Part shown: positions 14,571 to 29,625 of the stretch, in pieces
Layout: each line of letters begins with the position of its first letter
Position numbering within the stretch: position 1 is the first letter of the stretch
DNA from: Octopus vulgaris
Lineage: Eukaryota
Assembly (NCBI GenBank): GCA_951406725.2
Contig: OX597831.1
Coordinates: 77,810,001 to 77,874,000, forward strand
Length of the DNA stretch: 64,000 nucleotides
Direction of reading: 5' to 3'
The notes under the pieces: generated by a model
Database searches by the model: none
The model's input: only the letters and a program-made list of their open reading frames with translations
What the model was told of the DNA's origin: nothing
Made by a program: the position numbers and the translations under genes

Positions 14571-14975
14571 TTTCTTCCGTAGGTTTTAGAGAGATAATAC
14601 TGTCGACAGAATTTATATAACTTACTACTGAGTATTCCATCTCCGCTACCGATTATAGCCTGAGGAATGCTAGTGACGTCCATACAGATCACATACCGTC
14701 CGCCCGTGTATGGGATTCATTGCTGCCTTCTCTCATAAGCTCGCGTTCAAGTCACCCACTCCATTGAGATTTCGTTCGATGTCGTTTCTTTAACAGCGTC
14801 TCAGACCCTCTTTCGATAGCTTCCACAAAGTGGCTCGTCATAAGACGAAACCCAAAGAATACTAGTGTCCTGTATACCAGAATGAGACAACTGGGCACAA
14901 CAGTTTGATTGTTGACGGTTTGGCAAGACTAAAGGGACATGCAGACTGTTTTAGTAACAGTCACTTTTAACGATG

Positions 14976-15020
<45 letters not shown>

Positions 15021-15668
15021 CACACACACACACGCACACACACAGAAATATAAGCATGCAGATGAAGAAGGAGAGAGAAGGTGAAATAGATATTACAATT
15101 TATCTATTGAATACGTTTGACATTTCTCTCTTCTCATACACGTAAAGAATTCTCATACACAATTACATGAAGAGAGAATAAAGAAAGAGAGAAACATTTA
15201 AACATCTTATATGAAATTATTGTACGGGTATTCATCGATGCCAAACCGGCGCCGCCAAAACTGCTATGGCAAAACCTCTCCTAACCCCCTTTTCTAATGC
15301 AGTCGCATTTAAGCTACATCGTTCCCTGAGATTTCTTTTGGTGACATCCATTCAAGAAAGCTTTCGACACCTTGCACATATTAAGCTTTATATAGCGCTT
15401 AGCCAAATGAATACTTCTGTCATCCATATGGATCACGTGTTTCATCCAGCATTATTGTTATTTCAACTGAATAGTCACAACACTATGCAATCTTAAATGA
15501 TGCAGGATGTCCTGGCTGGTTATGCGATCTTACTTTATAGGTTTTTAGCTGTCATACATTTCCGATTTGCTGGTGATAGACTGTCACGTCTCAGTTGTTG
15601 TTGGCATACTTTTTGTCTCGGGAGACAATGGAGTTGCGCATAAAATAATCTAGTCCGGATTTTACATT

Positions 15669-15990
15669 TCATGTCCTGATACATTTCCTGCTGTGGCTGT
15701 GTAGTCCTATCCTGGACAAACACTCCCTCTGGCAGGTACCGCAAATGTAACGAAGACTGTTTCTGGCTGGTTGTAGTGTCATAGTTTCTTGTTGACGCCT
15801 TTTCTTGTCTTTCCATTTCTCCTCTCTCTCTCTGTCACTCCTTTGTATTCCCTCTTTTACGGTTCGTCGCCAATCTCCACGGTTGCTGGCAATTGCTTTC
15901 CAACTGCTAATATTGATGTTGCAGGCCTTCATGTCCCTTTTGCAAACATCCTTCTAACGTAAGAACGGTCTACCCACAGACCTAGTACCC
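15669..15990 (-). pseudogene. RTE-clade LINE C-terminal fragment
   Basis: GRPFLR*KDVCKRDMKACNI..SWKAIASNRGDWRRTV...YICGTCQRECLSRIGLHSHSRKC, the RTE terminal zinc-finger motif, with an in-frame stop. Confidence 0.85.
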
Positions 15991-16337
15991 CTATCTTTTC
16001 CACCAAACACCCATTGGGCTGCAGCCATACTGGGGTAGCATCTAGAAGGTGAGGGTCAAAGAAATCGCATCATCTCACAACATTGCTTGCTTTGAAAAAG
16101 TCTGATTTTTATTCTATTAGTCACTTTTACCGGACACATAATCGACAAGAACACAAACTGACGCCGGTTGTCAGGCTTTGGATACAGACACAAACTTGCA
16201 CGCCCGCACACGCGCACACACAAATACATATCATATGTAACGGAATTCTTTCAGTTTTCGACAATGAAATCCACTAACAAGGCCTTGGTTGGGCTGGGGC
16301 TATAGCAGAAGACACTTCCTAAAGATGCTGGGCAGTA

Positions 16338-16393
<56 letters not shown>

Positions 16394-16547
16394 AATCAAT
16401 CTACCTACACACACACACACACACACGCACATACACACACACATATACACACATACATACACGCATATATATGTATCTGGTGTGTGTGTGAGTGCGTATG
16501 TATGTGTGTCATTCTCTATATTTATATATATATATATATATGTATAA

Positions 16548-16626
<79 letters not shown>

Positions 16627-16798
16627 TGTATGTATGTATGTATGTATGTATGTATGTATGTATATATGCATGTATGTATACGTGTCATTCTTCATATGTC
16701 GCAACTGTACCCAGCAAAGGGAATCCGACTCTTAATTCCCGAATAAAACCGAAAATACTTAAATACAAATAATACAAACAAAAATACAACTAGTAATT

Positions 16799-16843
<45 letters not shown>

Positions 16844-17030
16844 TATATGGGGGTGTGTGTGTGTGTGTGTGGGTGTGAGTGCGCGCGCGAAGAAAGCAAA
16901 ATACTTAAACAAAAGAACTGTAGATACACCCATTAATGCGACCATTTAACTATTACCATATGGAGTACCTGTTTACTGCCCACACCACCACCACCACTAC
17001 CATCACACCACATCGCTCCATCACCACCGC

Positions 17031-17093
<63 letters not shown>

Positions 17094-17095
17094 CA

Positions 17096-17168
<73 letters not shown>

Positions 17169-17170
17169 CA

Positions 17171-17229
<59 letters not shown>

Positions 17230-17268
17230 GTTATTATTATTATTATTATATCATCATTATTATTATTA

Positions 17269-17344
<76 letters not shown>

Positions 17345-17376
17345 CATTATTATCATCATTATTATTATTATCATTA

Positions 17377-17440
<64 letters not shown>

Positions 17441-17484
17441 CATCATTATTATTATTATCATTATTATTATTATTATTATTATCA

Positions 17485-17518
<34 letters not shown>

Positions 17519-17544
17519 CATTATTATTATCATTATTATTATTA

Positions 17545-17593
<49 letters not shown>

Positions 17594-17613
17594 CATCATT
17601 ATTATTATCATCA

Positions 17614-17662
<49 letters not shown>

Positions 17663-17730
17663 CATCATTATTATTATCATCATCATTATTATTATTATTA
17701 TTATTATTATCATCATTATTATTATCATCA

Positions 17731-17761
<31 letters not shown>

Positions 17762-17763
17762 CA

Positions 17764-17833
<70 letters not shown>

Positions 17834-17856
17834 CCTCATTATTATTATTATCATCA

Positions 17857-17890
<34 letters not shown>

Positions 17891-17910
17891 CATCATTATT
17901 ATTTTTATCA

Positions 17911-17968
<58 letters not shown>

Positions 17969-17970
17969 CA
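17031..17970. repeat. Very long (TTA)n/(TCA)n tract
   Basis: About 940 bp, direct reading. Confidence 0.98.
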
Positions 17971-18618
17971 CCAATGCCACTGTTCTCTTCAGTGGCATCA
18001 ACATTTCGACAGTGTCACCATGGATACAAATAACATCATCATCAGGATTAGTACAAACACCTCCCCACATGTATTATGCGCGTGGTATATGTGTACACAC
18101 AGACACACACACACGCTCGCGCGCACACACTCACAGACACACTCACACACACGCTTTTCTCTACAGAAAACACTGAGCGAATCTAAACAATCCGTTTCTA
18201 AAAGATAAAGTAAAAAGCGTTTCTTCTTCATTAAATATATGTGTGTGTATGTGTGTGTGTGTGTCTACGTGTGTATGTGTATGCATATGTGTGTATGTGT
18301 GCGTGTGCGTGTGCGTGTCTGTGTGTGTGTCTGTCTGTCTGTGCTTGTGTTTGTTGACAACCAGTGATTATTTGTTTCTTTGCTTACACCTCGTAACTTA
18401 GCGGCTCGGTATAGAGTGACCGATATAAGCTCCAGACTAGCGAATAAATAAAAGAAAAGATAAAATATCAAAATAATCAAATTTCTGGTGTAGATTTATT
18501 GGACAAAACCCTTTCTTAACGGCAATCTAATGACGGAAATAACGCAATAACAATTATATATATGCATATTTCTTCACCCATTCACTTCCGGTCATTCAAT
18601 ATGTGACCACATGTGGTG

Positions 18619-18813
18619 TATCGTTGGCGATTTTCTTCCTGCGTCTTAGCTTCCTTGGATCTTTCCTTTTCCTATGTTTCTGACGAAGAGCTCCGCTCGA
18701 AACGTTAAATCCTCCTTCTTTCTTTCCTTTCCTGAGCGTCCAATAACACTATACTTGTTCCACGTCCTCGCGTTGTTGTGTTTTCTCTTTGTGTTTTCAT
18801 GTTTGGATTAACT
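18619..18813 (+). mobile_element. Penelope-like pLTR/retrozyme-type short element
   Basis: Homologous to 29787-29930 (+) and 30152-30320 (-); contains a hammerhead motif; ends ggattaacta followed by (CA)n. Confidence 0.7.
18676..18710 (+). ncRNA. Minimal type I hammerhead ribozyme motif
   Basis: gttt-CTGACGA-A-GAGC-tcc-GCTC-GAAAC-GTT-aaat: conserved core, 4-bp helix II, self-complementary loopless helix III (ACGU) and short helix I. Confidence 0.7.
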
Positions 18814-19139
18814 ACACACACACACACACACACACACTGTACGTACAATATTTACTATTATTGCTGCTTTCTTCTAATGCTATTACTGGTACTATTTAGA
18901 ATTCATCAACTCGTTACATTCATCACACACATATCCGTCTTGCACATCAACATCAGTGTTTCTAGGATAAGAACCCACATCGGCTACGTCTAGCCTTTGT
19001 AACATTCTGCCCCCTCCTGTTGTATCTCGCTGCTGTTAACACTAAAGCTCGTCACCCTTGTCATAACCACCCACTCACTTCCCTTTGAATGCTATGCTCA
19101 TTTACAACTGTTTGGCCATCACCAGCACAGACATTTTGT

Positions 19140-19500
19140 GTATTTAGAATAATCTGGATGCAATATGGACTGAAAATATAAAGGAATGTTGGAGGAATTG
19201 TTTTGTCAGAAATAGCTGTAAAATGTTAAGATGAACAGACCAGACATAGTCATCTGGGACTGAGAGACGTTAGTGAGCTCAGTAATAGAAATCAGTTGTT
19301 TATCAAATGACGTTATCTGAACGAGAAACAAAGGAAAACGAAAAGGACGTCTGCCGAACTAATCAGACATCGATCGATAATACAGACGGACTATAATTTT
19401 CGATTGCTCCCTAATAATCTCCGATTATTAGGAGTCTTATTGATGTAGCTAAATGCCTCAGCACTTGTCTTGAGAAGCTTCACGCTGTAATACAAATAAA
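19140..19500 (+). pseudogene. Decayed RLE-type (R4-like) retrotransposon endonuclease region
   Basis: From 19231 MNRPDIVIWD*ETLVSSVIEISC (PD-(D/E)xK-like NRPDIV motif); later KCLSTCLEKL; stops and frameshifts. Confidence 0.6.
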
Positions 19501-20078
19501 AGATCGTCATTTGCAGAATGTAATTGTAATACAAGTTATGTGAAATATTTTAGAAGTTCAATCGGTATCGTGTACAAAGATACTTGTATATGCATAGAAA
19601 TATATGTTTGTCTTCGCATGCATAACTTAAGATACAGTTTTTCACACGAGATGACATATATGCATACAAATATTTACACACACACACACACACACACACG
19701 TACATCTGTAAGTAGAGATATGCGTACTTCAATACATACATGCATACATGCATATACACATACATATTTATATCAAAAGGATTTATGCAGTATCAGAATA
19801 ACATTGTAAATTGCCTTGCTGTAGCCTGGTCGGATGTTTTTGGTAAGAATGTAAACACTAAGCTGGGTGGAAACTACACCCCCATTACTTGACTGAACAT
19901 TAGGCATGAACTTTTAATCACCTTCCTTCACTTCTTCCCTAAGTATTACGCACAAATTTTCGATCATTTCCCTCAGAATATAACACTAACGTGGGTGAAG
20001 ACTATACGTTCATTGCTTACCCAAACATCATACGATATACATATGCAATAAATTTATGAATATATTTATATATATATG

Positions 20079-20133
<55 letters not shown>

Positions 20134-20408
20134 ATATATATAAGCGCCCACTAGTACACACAAACGCTGTCAAACAGAGACGCAGTCCGATAGATATATG
20201 TTACTATACACATATACAGTTAGCCATATGCTCACACATGGGCACATACACGCACACACACACATGCCGCTAGGCAGGAATATACGCCCAGTCAGACACA
20301 TCTATATGTGAATACATCGAGGGACAGACAGACCAACAGGGAAAATTGACCCACGCGCGCAGACACACATGTACAAAAGCAGAAATATTCTGAGTGGGAC
20401 AGTGACAG

Positions 20409-20459
<51 letters not shown>

Positions 20460-20907
20460 GAGAGAGATAGATAGATAGATAGATAGATAATAAAAGGGGG
20501 GGAGAGAGAGAGAGAGAGGAAGACAACATTCTTTCTCTAACATACGTACTTTGCTTCAATATCTTCCATGGCACAATGACATTCCACATTTTTGCAATAT
20601 ATAGAGAAATGATGCAAAAGAATGATTAAGTGCAAAAATGTGTCTGTAGGTATATGTGTGTGTGTGAGTGTGCGTATGCGTGCATATACATTTATATTCA
20701 GGTTTGGTGGATGCAGATAGGCTGCATATATGTGGGTGTATACATATACACATGCACACATATAACGCGGAGTAGATAAAACAGAGGACAACTGATGAAG
20801 GGAATGTTCTTTATGTTGCCTGTCTCGTTTCTCATTTTGCTCCTGATGTATATACACATGAATATGTAGGTATGTATATGCATGTATATATGCATAAATA
20901 CATATAC

Positions 20908-21111
20908 CTCTCTTTACTCTTTTACTTGTTTCAGTCATTTGACTGTGGCCATGCTGGAGCACCACCTTTAGTCGAGGAAATCGATCCCAGGACTTATTCC
21001 TTGTAAGGCTAGTACTTCTATTGGTCTCTTGGGCCGAACCGCTACGTTACGGGGACGTAAACACACCAGCATCAGTTGTCAAGCGATGGTGGGGGCCTAA
21101 AAAATCGACAC

Positions 21112-21150
<39 letters not shown>

Positions 21151-21317
21151 TATACATATACAACGGGCTTCTTTCAATTTCCGTCTACCAAATCCATTCA
21201 CAAGGCTTTGGTCTGCCCGAGGCTATAGTAGAAGACACTTGCCCAAGGTGCCATGCAGTGAGACTGAACCCGGAACTATGTAGTTGGTAAGGAAGTTACT
21301 TACCACACAGCCACTCC
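20908..21317 (-). mobile_element. SINE family A, near full-length
   Basis: Matches the family consensus; internal (TA)n. Confidence 0.9.
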
Positions 21318-22567
21318 GTCTAGTATTATGTATTTATTTGTTTATTTTTAATTTATTTATTCAGCATATTTGTATTTAGTCCAGCCTAATTCTTTGTAGA
21401 CGCATTGTCAGTTGACAAGAATGCGTAGTGTTTATATGGCGGTTGTCCAGTTGAGTATAACAGTTTGGCAAATGAATGTTTACATTGAAATACATATATT
21501 TATATTTTCATTGATTTTTTCCCCTCGCCCGTTTTGTGGTTTCCCGATCTGCGGCTTCCTGTTGATAAGAAGGTGACTTTTTGTTTTAATTTGGTCATGT
21601 AATTCAATCTGTCGGTTATTTTGTGGTTAGATGTGACAAAAACGTACCCTAGATATTCTCTGAATGAATTATATGTCGTTTTTCTTTTAAAAAGAACGCT
21701 ATTATCCCAGAACACAGCATGCATCATATTTAACTACTAATAAGGAGAATATATTAACCTTTCGCCTGATCTGCGTATCATATGTGATACACAAAACATA
21801 TTTCCTTGGCAACCATGCATTACATAGATACACACTCCCAAATTTTTCTTCAGCCACTTCAGTAAGTTGGAAACTGTGAAAAGAACGATTTATATTACAC
21901 AAAGCATATGAAACAGAGGCTAAGTAAACATCTGCAAGCAAGCATGAAGGCTTAGAAAATGCTTTACAAAGGCAAAAATTTAAGAAGTGGATAAACCCCA
22001 GTCTTAGTTTTATACTTTTCCTCTCCTCTGCACCACCGGTGAAGCACAGGACATATTTCCTTGGTATATATGTATTATATACGATATACATTCACAATGT
22101 GCCTTAGGTCTTAAAGAAAAGCTTCATATAAGCTTCGAATAAGCTTGGACTTTTGAGACAAACTTATGAAAATGCTTTGGAAAGTCAAAAGGTTAGGTAA
22201 ACCTGTGCTGAACAAGAAGGATGCCAATTTGTGGTTATTCGTTTATCTATGTGTTTGTTCTACGCACCGGTGAGACAACGGTCAAGTTTACTGACCTTTC
22301 CATGATTAGACGCGATTCGTCCATGTCTCTTAGGATGGGACATGAAGACGAAGATGTAATGATATGCATTCTTTCCACAACAAAGTATTTTGTGACGTAA
22401 ATGCTTCACAAACAGATAAATCAATGTCTTTGGTCTTTAATCCTCCTCCTCCTCCTCCTCCTCCTCTTCCTCATCCTCATCATCATCATCATCATCACCA
22501 CTAAAACTAACAAGAAAATTAAACAGACGGATATGTTAGATATATGGCAGAGGAATTAAATCTTTCA

Positions 22568-22598
<31 letters not shown>

Positions 22599-23101
22599 TT
22601 CATTATCATGGACATCAACATCATCGTCATTATCATAGTAACTGCTATGGCGATTCTGCGTGGTCGATCGGCCTCTGAGAAATACTAGCCAGAAATTCCT
22701 TAAAATCCGTTTTGCCACCGTATAATAATGAACACTTCATTGGTTAATAATGGTCATAGACAAAAGAACGAGACGCGATTGGCACGACTGGAACACCGTT
22801 GAGCAAAAACCTGGAATATCACGCGTGACCCGGAGTTTTATATTCATTACAACTTCCATATACCTTCTTACATACATACAGGAGTGTGTGCGTGTGTGTA
22901 TATATAGATATAGATATATCGAATGACCCATATTTTAGGCCACAGTATTGTCCAGTTTTTCCTGATGATCTTTGAGGCGCAGAACTCGATTAACCGGAAA
23001 GGATTTCTTCTTAAATAGAACCAAATACCATACAAGAAGTATTGAGTACATTTTGCCTTATTTGTCAACATAAAGGAACGTGTGAAAAAACACACACGCA
23101 C

Positions 23102-23179
<78 letters not shown>

Positions 23180-23269
23180 ATATATATATATATCTATCTA
23201 TCTATCTACCTATCTATATATCTATCTTACTATATATGTATGTATGTATCTAACTATCTATATATCTGC

Positions 23270-23316
<47 letters not shown>

Positions 23317-23333
23317 TGTTGTAGGTATCCAGA

Positions 23334-23372
<39 letters not shown>

Positions 23373-24149
23373 GGACTGATCATATATAGGTATGTGTGTA
23401 TGAGTGTATATATATATGTGCATATCATAATAGTGTGGGTGTGTTTAATGGTTTCTGCTTTTAAAAAGCTCAAAATATTGTGCCTTTAAAACCCATTTCT
23501 TCCTTCCTCCAACTCAATTTGTTCGCACAGCTTAATAAGATGCAATGCCCCATTCATTTTAAACATTAAAACAGCACACACTTACCTAACCTCATTATCC
23601 TTTATACACATCAGTTCCTGAAAGTATCTGAAATTCTATGGGAAAAAGACCCCTTTTTCCCCCTGTTTTCTATACAGGTTTGTCCCTTCCCTTTTTCCCA
23701 AATTCCCACCATTTAATAATATGCAACAGTTCAAACAATTTCTTTTCTATTCTAACTTGATCTTTGAAAAATCTTGGCCAAACATTCTCACACGTTCACT
23801 CTCTGGACGAACGATAAACACACCAACCCATAAGAAATAAAACTATTTCTCCATGGTATTTATTTCTGTTTCCTGTCTGTACTATTCCCAGCAGTAGAGA
23901 CCCTTAAACACTTCAGTCAAATATATGAACCGCACTTAATAATCCAGCCCCAATTTTTTTTTTTTAAATGACAGCCATAGTGTTGTGAGATCGTCTGCTT
24001 TCTTTAAGGAATATGAATTGTCAACCAGAAAAGAAAGCGGTTGAGGTGTGTGTGTGTGTGTGGGGGGGGGGGTCTGGAATGACTCTGGTTCATAATTTAG
24101 AGTAGATTGTATTTGTTTCTTTTTCTTTTTTCTTGTTTTCCTTTTTTGA

Positions 24150-24352
24150 GTGTTTCAGTCATTAGATTGGGGCCATGCTGGGGCAATGTCTTGAAGGGTT
24201 TTAGTCGAACAAATCGATCGAAGGGCTTTTTCTTTTTCAAACCTGGTACTTATACTATCTGATAAGTTACAGGGACATAAACACACCAATACCGGTTGTC
24301 AAACAGTGATGGAAGATAAACACAGACGCAAAGAAACGTACATACACACACA

Positions 24353-24406
<54 letters not shown>

Positions 24407-24443
24407 ATATATATGTATATGATGATATATATATATAAATATA

Positions 24444-24530
<87 letters not shown>

Positions 24531-24682
24531 CGACGGGATTCTTTCAGTTTCTGTCTACCGAATCCACTCACAAGGCTTTGGTCGGCCTGAGGTTATTGTA
24601 GAAGACACTTGCCCAAGGTGCCACGCAGTGGGACTGAACCCGGAACCATGAGGTTGAGAAACAAGCGTCTTACCACACAGTC
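24150..24682 (-). mobile_element. SINE family A with expanded internal microsatellite
   Basis: Matches the family consensus. Confidence 0.85.
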
Positions 24683-24730
24683 ATGCATATTTATTTATTT
24701 ATTTATTTATTTATTTATTATATTTTCTTT

Positions 24731-25200
24731 GGAATGACCGTGTTGTTAAGATGCTCTCGTTTCAAGCTTCTGGTTTCGGGTTCCGTCCCATTGCGTGACA
24801 CCTTCGATATGTGTATTCTTTTGCAGCCTGGGTCCGATCAATGCCTTGTGAGCAAATTTGGCAGACGGAAACTTTCTGGAAGCCTGCTGTGCGTGTGTGT
24901 GTGTGTGTGTGTATGTGTGTGTGTGTTTACAAATATATATGTGCTTGTGTATGTATATATGTGTGTGTAAATAAATAAGTATATATATATATTTGTGTGT
25001 GTGTGTCTTTGTGTTTGTCCTTCGACACCGCTTGGCAGCCGGTGTTGGTTTGTTTACGGCTTCGTATTAAGTGGTTTGGCAAATGAACCGATAGAAAGAA
25101 TAAGTACCCAACTGAAAGAAGCGAAAATAAATACTGGAGTCGACTAAACCATTCAAAAGCAGTGCTCCAGCATGGTCGCATTCCAATAACTGAAACTAGT
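24731..25200 (+). mobile_element. SINE family A, decayed, head-to-head with the previous copy
   Basis: gggttccgtcccattgcgtgacacc...ccagcatggtcgca. Confidence 0.75.
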
Positions 25201-25999
25201 AGTCGATACAAGATTCATTTCAGAAGAGATAGGTGACGTCCGGACACGCCTACCACATAGAGGTGTATCGAACCGACGAGTGATCCACTAGTAGCTGCTC
25301 AATATGCTAGAAATAGCAGCTAATTCTTCAAATGATTCAGTAGTCTCTTCAGCAAAGAAAACCACGTTGGATAACATAGTCTTGGATATCCCTAAAAATA
25401 CACGAGGCTTTCAGTCAAAGAGCAGCTGAGTTAAGTTCGACCAGGGGTTGAATAGCAACGAATAGGGGTTTATTGTTCTCACTTGTTTCAAAGAGTTAAT
25501 AAGTTTGAAAATGTAGGACAATTTCCCCATAAGGCTTTTTAAACAAGAGTTTATTGTTCTCGCTCCTTCAAATAATTAATAAATCTGAGAAAGAAAGAAC
25601 AATCTACATAAATGTCGACTTCTCGACGGGAGACAGGGAGACATCGTTGTAAGTCTTTCAAACATAATTTTGTGGCGTTTAGGTTTAGTTTCAACTTCTC
25701 CACGTTTGTAATTTGGGAGGAAAATATGGATAAATTCTAGTTTATGAGACGAACAATTTTACAAAGCTTTTCACGGAATTTCATATAAAATGTTAATCTC
25801 GTTTTTAGATCTCTTTGAATCCTTCTCTGTTTGGAACCTGCTAGAACTTATTTTTATTGTTAATTGTAGGAAACGCTAATCTCTATATCACAACACATCA
25901 ACACGCTTATTATATATTTTCTCGTGTACTTGTTTCAGTCATTGGACTTGCGACCATGCTGTGGCACCAGCAATTAGAAGTAGATATTAAAACTAACTG

Positions 26000-26316
26000 G
26001 ATCTCCGTCGCTTACGAGGATGAGGGTTCCAGTTGATCTGATCAACGAAACGGCTTCCTCGTGAGATTAACGTGAAAATGTCTGAGCACCCCACAGACAT
26101 GCGTACCCCTTCACATATTTCTCAGGGAGATTCAGCGTGATACAGAGGGTGACAAGGCTGGGCCCTTGAAATACTGGTACTACTCATTTTTGCCAGCTGA
26201 GTGGATTGGAGCACAGTGAAATAAAGTGTCTTGCTCAAAGACACAACGCACCAGCGGGAATCGAACTCACAACCCTACGATCCCGAATGCCCTAACCACT
26301 AAGCCACGCGCCTTCA
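26000..26316 (-). mobile_element. SINE family D (CORE-like centre) with tail type a
   Basis: Head (reverse complement) gaaggcgcgtggcttagtggttaggg; centre ttgagcaagacactttatttcactgtgctccaatccactcagctggcaaaaatgagta; tail homologous to 1370-1540. Confidence 0.8.
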
Positions 26317-26356
26317 TCTATTAAAACTAGGTAGTAAATCAAAACTACATATTATA

Positions 26357-26712
26357 GGCGCAGGTATGGCTGTATGGTAAGAGGCTTGCTTCCCAGCCAC
26401 GTGGTTCCGGGTTCAGTCTCACTGCGTGGAAGCTTGGGCAAGTGTCACCTAATATGGCCTCGGGGATAACCCGTCGTAAATGTGTGTGTGCGTTCGCGCG
26501 CTCGCGTGTCTGACTGTCTGACAACCGGTGTTGATGTATTTAGTCTCCGGAACTTAGCGGTTCGGCAAAAGAAGCTGATCGATTAAGAACCAGGTGCACT
26601 GAAAAGAAACAGAAAAGAAAAAGAAATAGAATTGGGAATAATTTTTCAAATAGAATTCTTCGCGGCAGTGCCCCAGCATGACCGCAGTCAAATGACTGAA
26701 GCAAGTAAAACA
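26357..26712 (+). mobile_element. SINE family A
   Basis: ggcgcaggtatggctgtatggtaag head through the tail. Confidence 0.8.
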
Positions 26713-26729
26713 AAAAAAGATATGTATTC

Positions 26730-27358
26730 TATCTTTTACTTGTTGCGACCATTTGACTGCGGCCAATCTGGAGCAATTCCTTGAGGGGTTTAATCGAAGA
26801 ATTCCCTTTAAAGCTTGACATGTGCTCCAGCGTTCTCTTTTACCGAACAGTTAATTTACGAGGACGTAAACAAAACAAAACCGTTTGCCAAACGGTGGTG
26901 TTGGACACATACACGCGCGCGAGCTTACATACGTCTAGATATGCAGTTATATGCATCAGAATATATATATATAAAGCAAAACATATAAACGTGTACATAT
27001 ACATACATATTTACTTACATACATACATGCATATGCGCATACATGCATACATACAATATATATATATATACAAACAAAAATACCATGTTGTTGATGTTGA
27101 AATTCCAATGAAGGATCCTTGAATCTAGGCTAGAACCCGGCTCTTGGCAAGAAATAAAACTAAATAATGATATACATACATACATACATACATACATACA
27201 TACGCAATGGACTTCTTTCAGTTTTCATACACCAAAATCCGCCCACATAGCCTTGGGTGGACCGGAACTATACTAGCACATACGGGCCCGAGTTGACACA
27301 CAGTAGCATTGAACCAGGAAACAACAGGTTGGGAAGCAAACCGCTTACATCGCAGTCA
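26730..27358 (-). mobile_element. SINE family A, decayed, tail-to-tail with the previous copy
   Basis: catttgactgcggcc...cttctttcagttttc. Confidence 0.7.
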
Positions 27359-27857
27359 CCTCCTCACCAATTTATTTCATTCTCTTTCATAAGAAAATGT
27401 CGCAACGTATAAGAGTTCAACTAACTTTCGCAGACATTAACCTGTTAAGAAAAAATTCGCTTTCGTTGAGAAAGAAGCCGGATAATCGCCGATTTTTGTC
27501 ATCGTTGGAATAAAATCTGATAATTGAAGTTAGCAGGAACGTACTCTGTCTTGGACTGAGACATTATTTTTCTCTGTGAAATGATGACCTGTTGGTAGAA
27601 GAGATAGGGAGCTATGACGTAATAGCCATGTTGACGTATCTTAGACAATGCGGATTTTTATGCGGCGCCGTTGGCCCCGTGAAAAAGTATAGCATCAACA
27701 AAATAAAAAAAGAAAACAAACAAAAAACTGCATGTGCTCGCGCGTGTGTGTTTGTGCATATTTCTTTGTCATATATATATATATCCGTACATACACAAAT
27801 GTATATACATATATATAAATAAGTTCATAATAAATATATGTATATAAATAAATATAC

Positions 27858-27898
<41 letters not shown>

Positions 27899-27971
27899 AA
27901 TATATATAAATAATATATATGTACATACATATATATATATATTTATGTATGTATATATTTATATATATATG

Positions 27972-28024
<53 letters not shown>

Positions 28025-28172
28025 ATATATATATTATTTATATATATTTATGTATATATATATAAACATATATATATATATATACATAAGTATATATAAA
28101 TATATATAAATAATATATACATACATATATATATATATATAAACATATATATATAAATATATACATACATAA

Positions 28173-28203
<31 letters not shown>

Positions 28204-28378
28204 TATATATATATACAAACATACATACATGTGCGTGTGTGCGCGCATGCGCGTGTAAAAGATAAAGAAATAAACTGTAAAGATACAAGAATGCCATTCT
28301 AGTTTAGAAGTCGACAGAAACCATATGATTCCATTTGACGACTTTCTACGCACGCACACTCACACACACACACACAGA

Positions 28379-28411
<33 letters not shown>

Positions 28412-28571
28412 CTCTGCATTCTTCCTACTGCAATAATTCCGAAGTCGTATTTAGAAGGCATCAGTTTTTTTTTTCCCTCGATGCTAATTTAAAGTCTGTG
28501 AATCTGTGAGTATATTTTGATGAATATTAAAACGTGGTGTGACTGCGGAGTGTTAAAAGATACGTATATAT

Positions 28572-28945
28572 CTTTATCTTTTATTTGTGACACTCATTAG
28601 ACTACGGCCATGCTGTAGCACCGCCTTGACGGAATTTAATAGAACGAATGAACCAGTTCATATTTTTTAAAACCTGATATTTATTCTGTTAGTTTCTTTT
28701 GGCAGAACCGCTAAGTTACGAGGAGGTAATCACAGTAACACCGGTTATCAAGCGATGGTGGAGGACACACTGACACACACACGGAAATACATTTGAGTTT
28801 CTCTCAGTTTCCGTCTACCAAATCAACTCACAATGCTTTTGGTCGGTCGGGCCTATGACATAAAACGTTTGGCCAGGATGCCACACAGTGGTAGGACTGA
28901 ATTCGGAACCATGTGCTTGGAGAGCAAACATCTTATCACGCAGCA
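28572..28945 (-). mobile_element. SINE family A, decayed
   Basis: cggccatgctg...gaaccgctaagttacg...cagtttccgtctaccaaat. Confidence 0.75.
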
Positions 28946-28951
28946 ACGCAT

Positions 28952-29253
<302 letters not shown>

Positions 29254-29373
29254 TATAATGAATCCATAAACACATAAAACATCCAAGGGTAGAAATTTTT
29301 TCCTCTGAAGATCTTATGCTCAGGTCATACAAACATAAATTCAATATTCCCTTCATATGTAAATAATAAATAA

Positions 29374-29625
29374 TAAATGCGTCCTTCTAAAGCCTAGCCA
29401 GGCCCATGGGCCCGGTTTCCCGGTTTCTATTGCGTATGTGTTTCCCTGCTGGACGGGACCCCAGTCCATCGCAGCGTTACTCATTTTTGCCAGCTGAGTG
29501 GACTGGAGCAACGTGAAATGAAGAGTTTTGCTCAAGAACACAACGTGTCGCCCGGTCCAGGAATCGAAACCACAATCTTACGATCATGATGCTGACACCC
29601 TAACCACTAAGCCACGCGCGTCCAC
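29374..29625 (-). mobile_element. SINE family D with V-domain-like tail (type b)
   Basis: Family D head and centre, then (reverse complement) gctgcgatggactggggtcccgtccagc...gaaaccgggaaaccggg, shared with 50297-50400. Confidence 0.8.

Noticed and set aside
16936-18208. Longest ORFs (365, 326 and 274 aa)
   Set aside because: They arise from the (TTA/TCA)n tract
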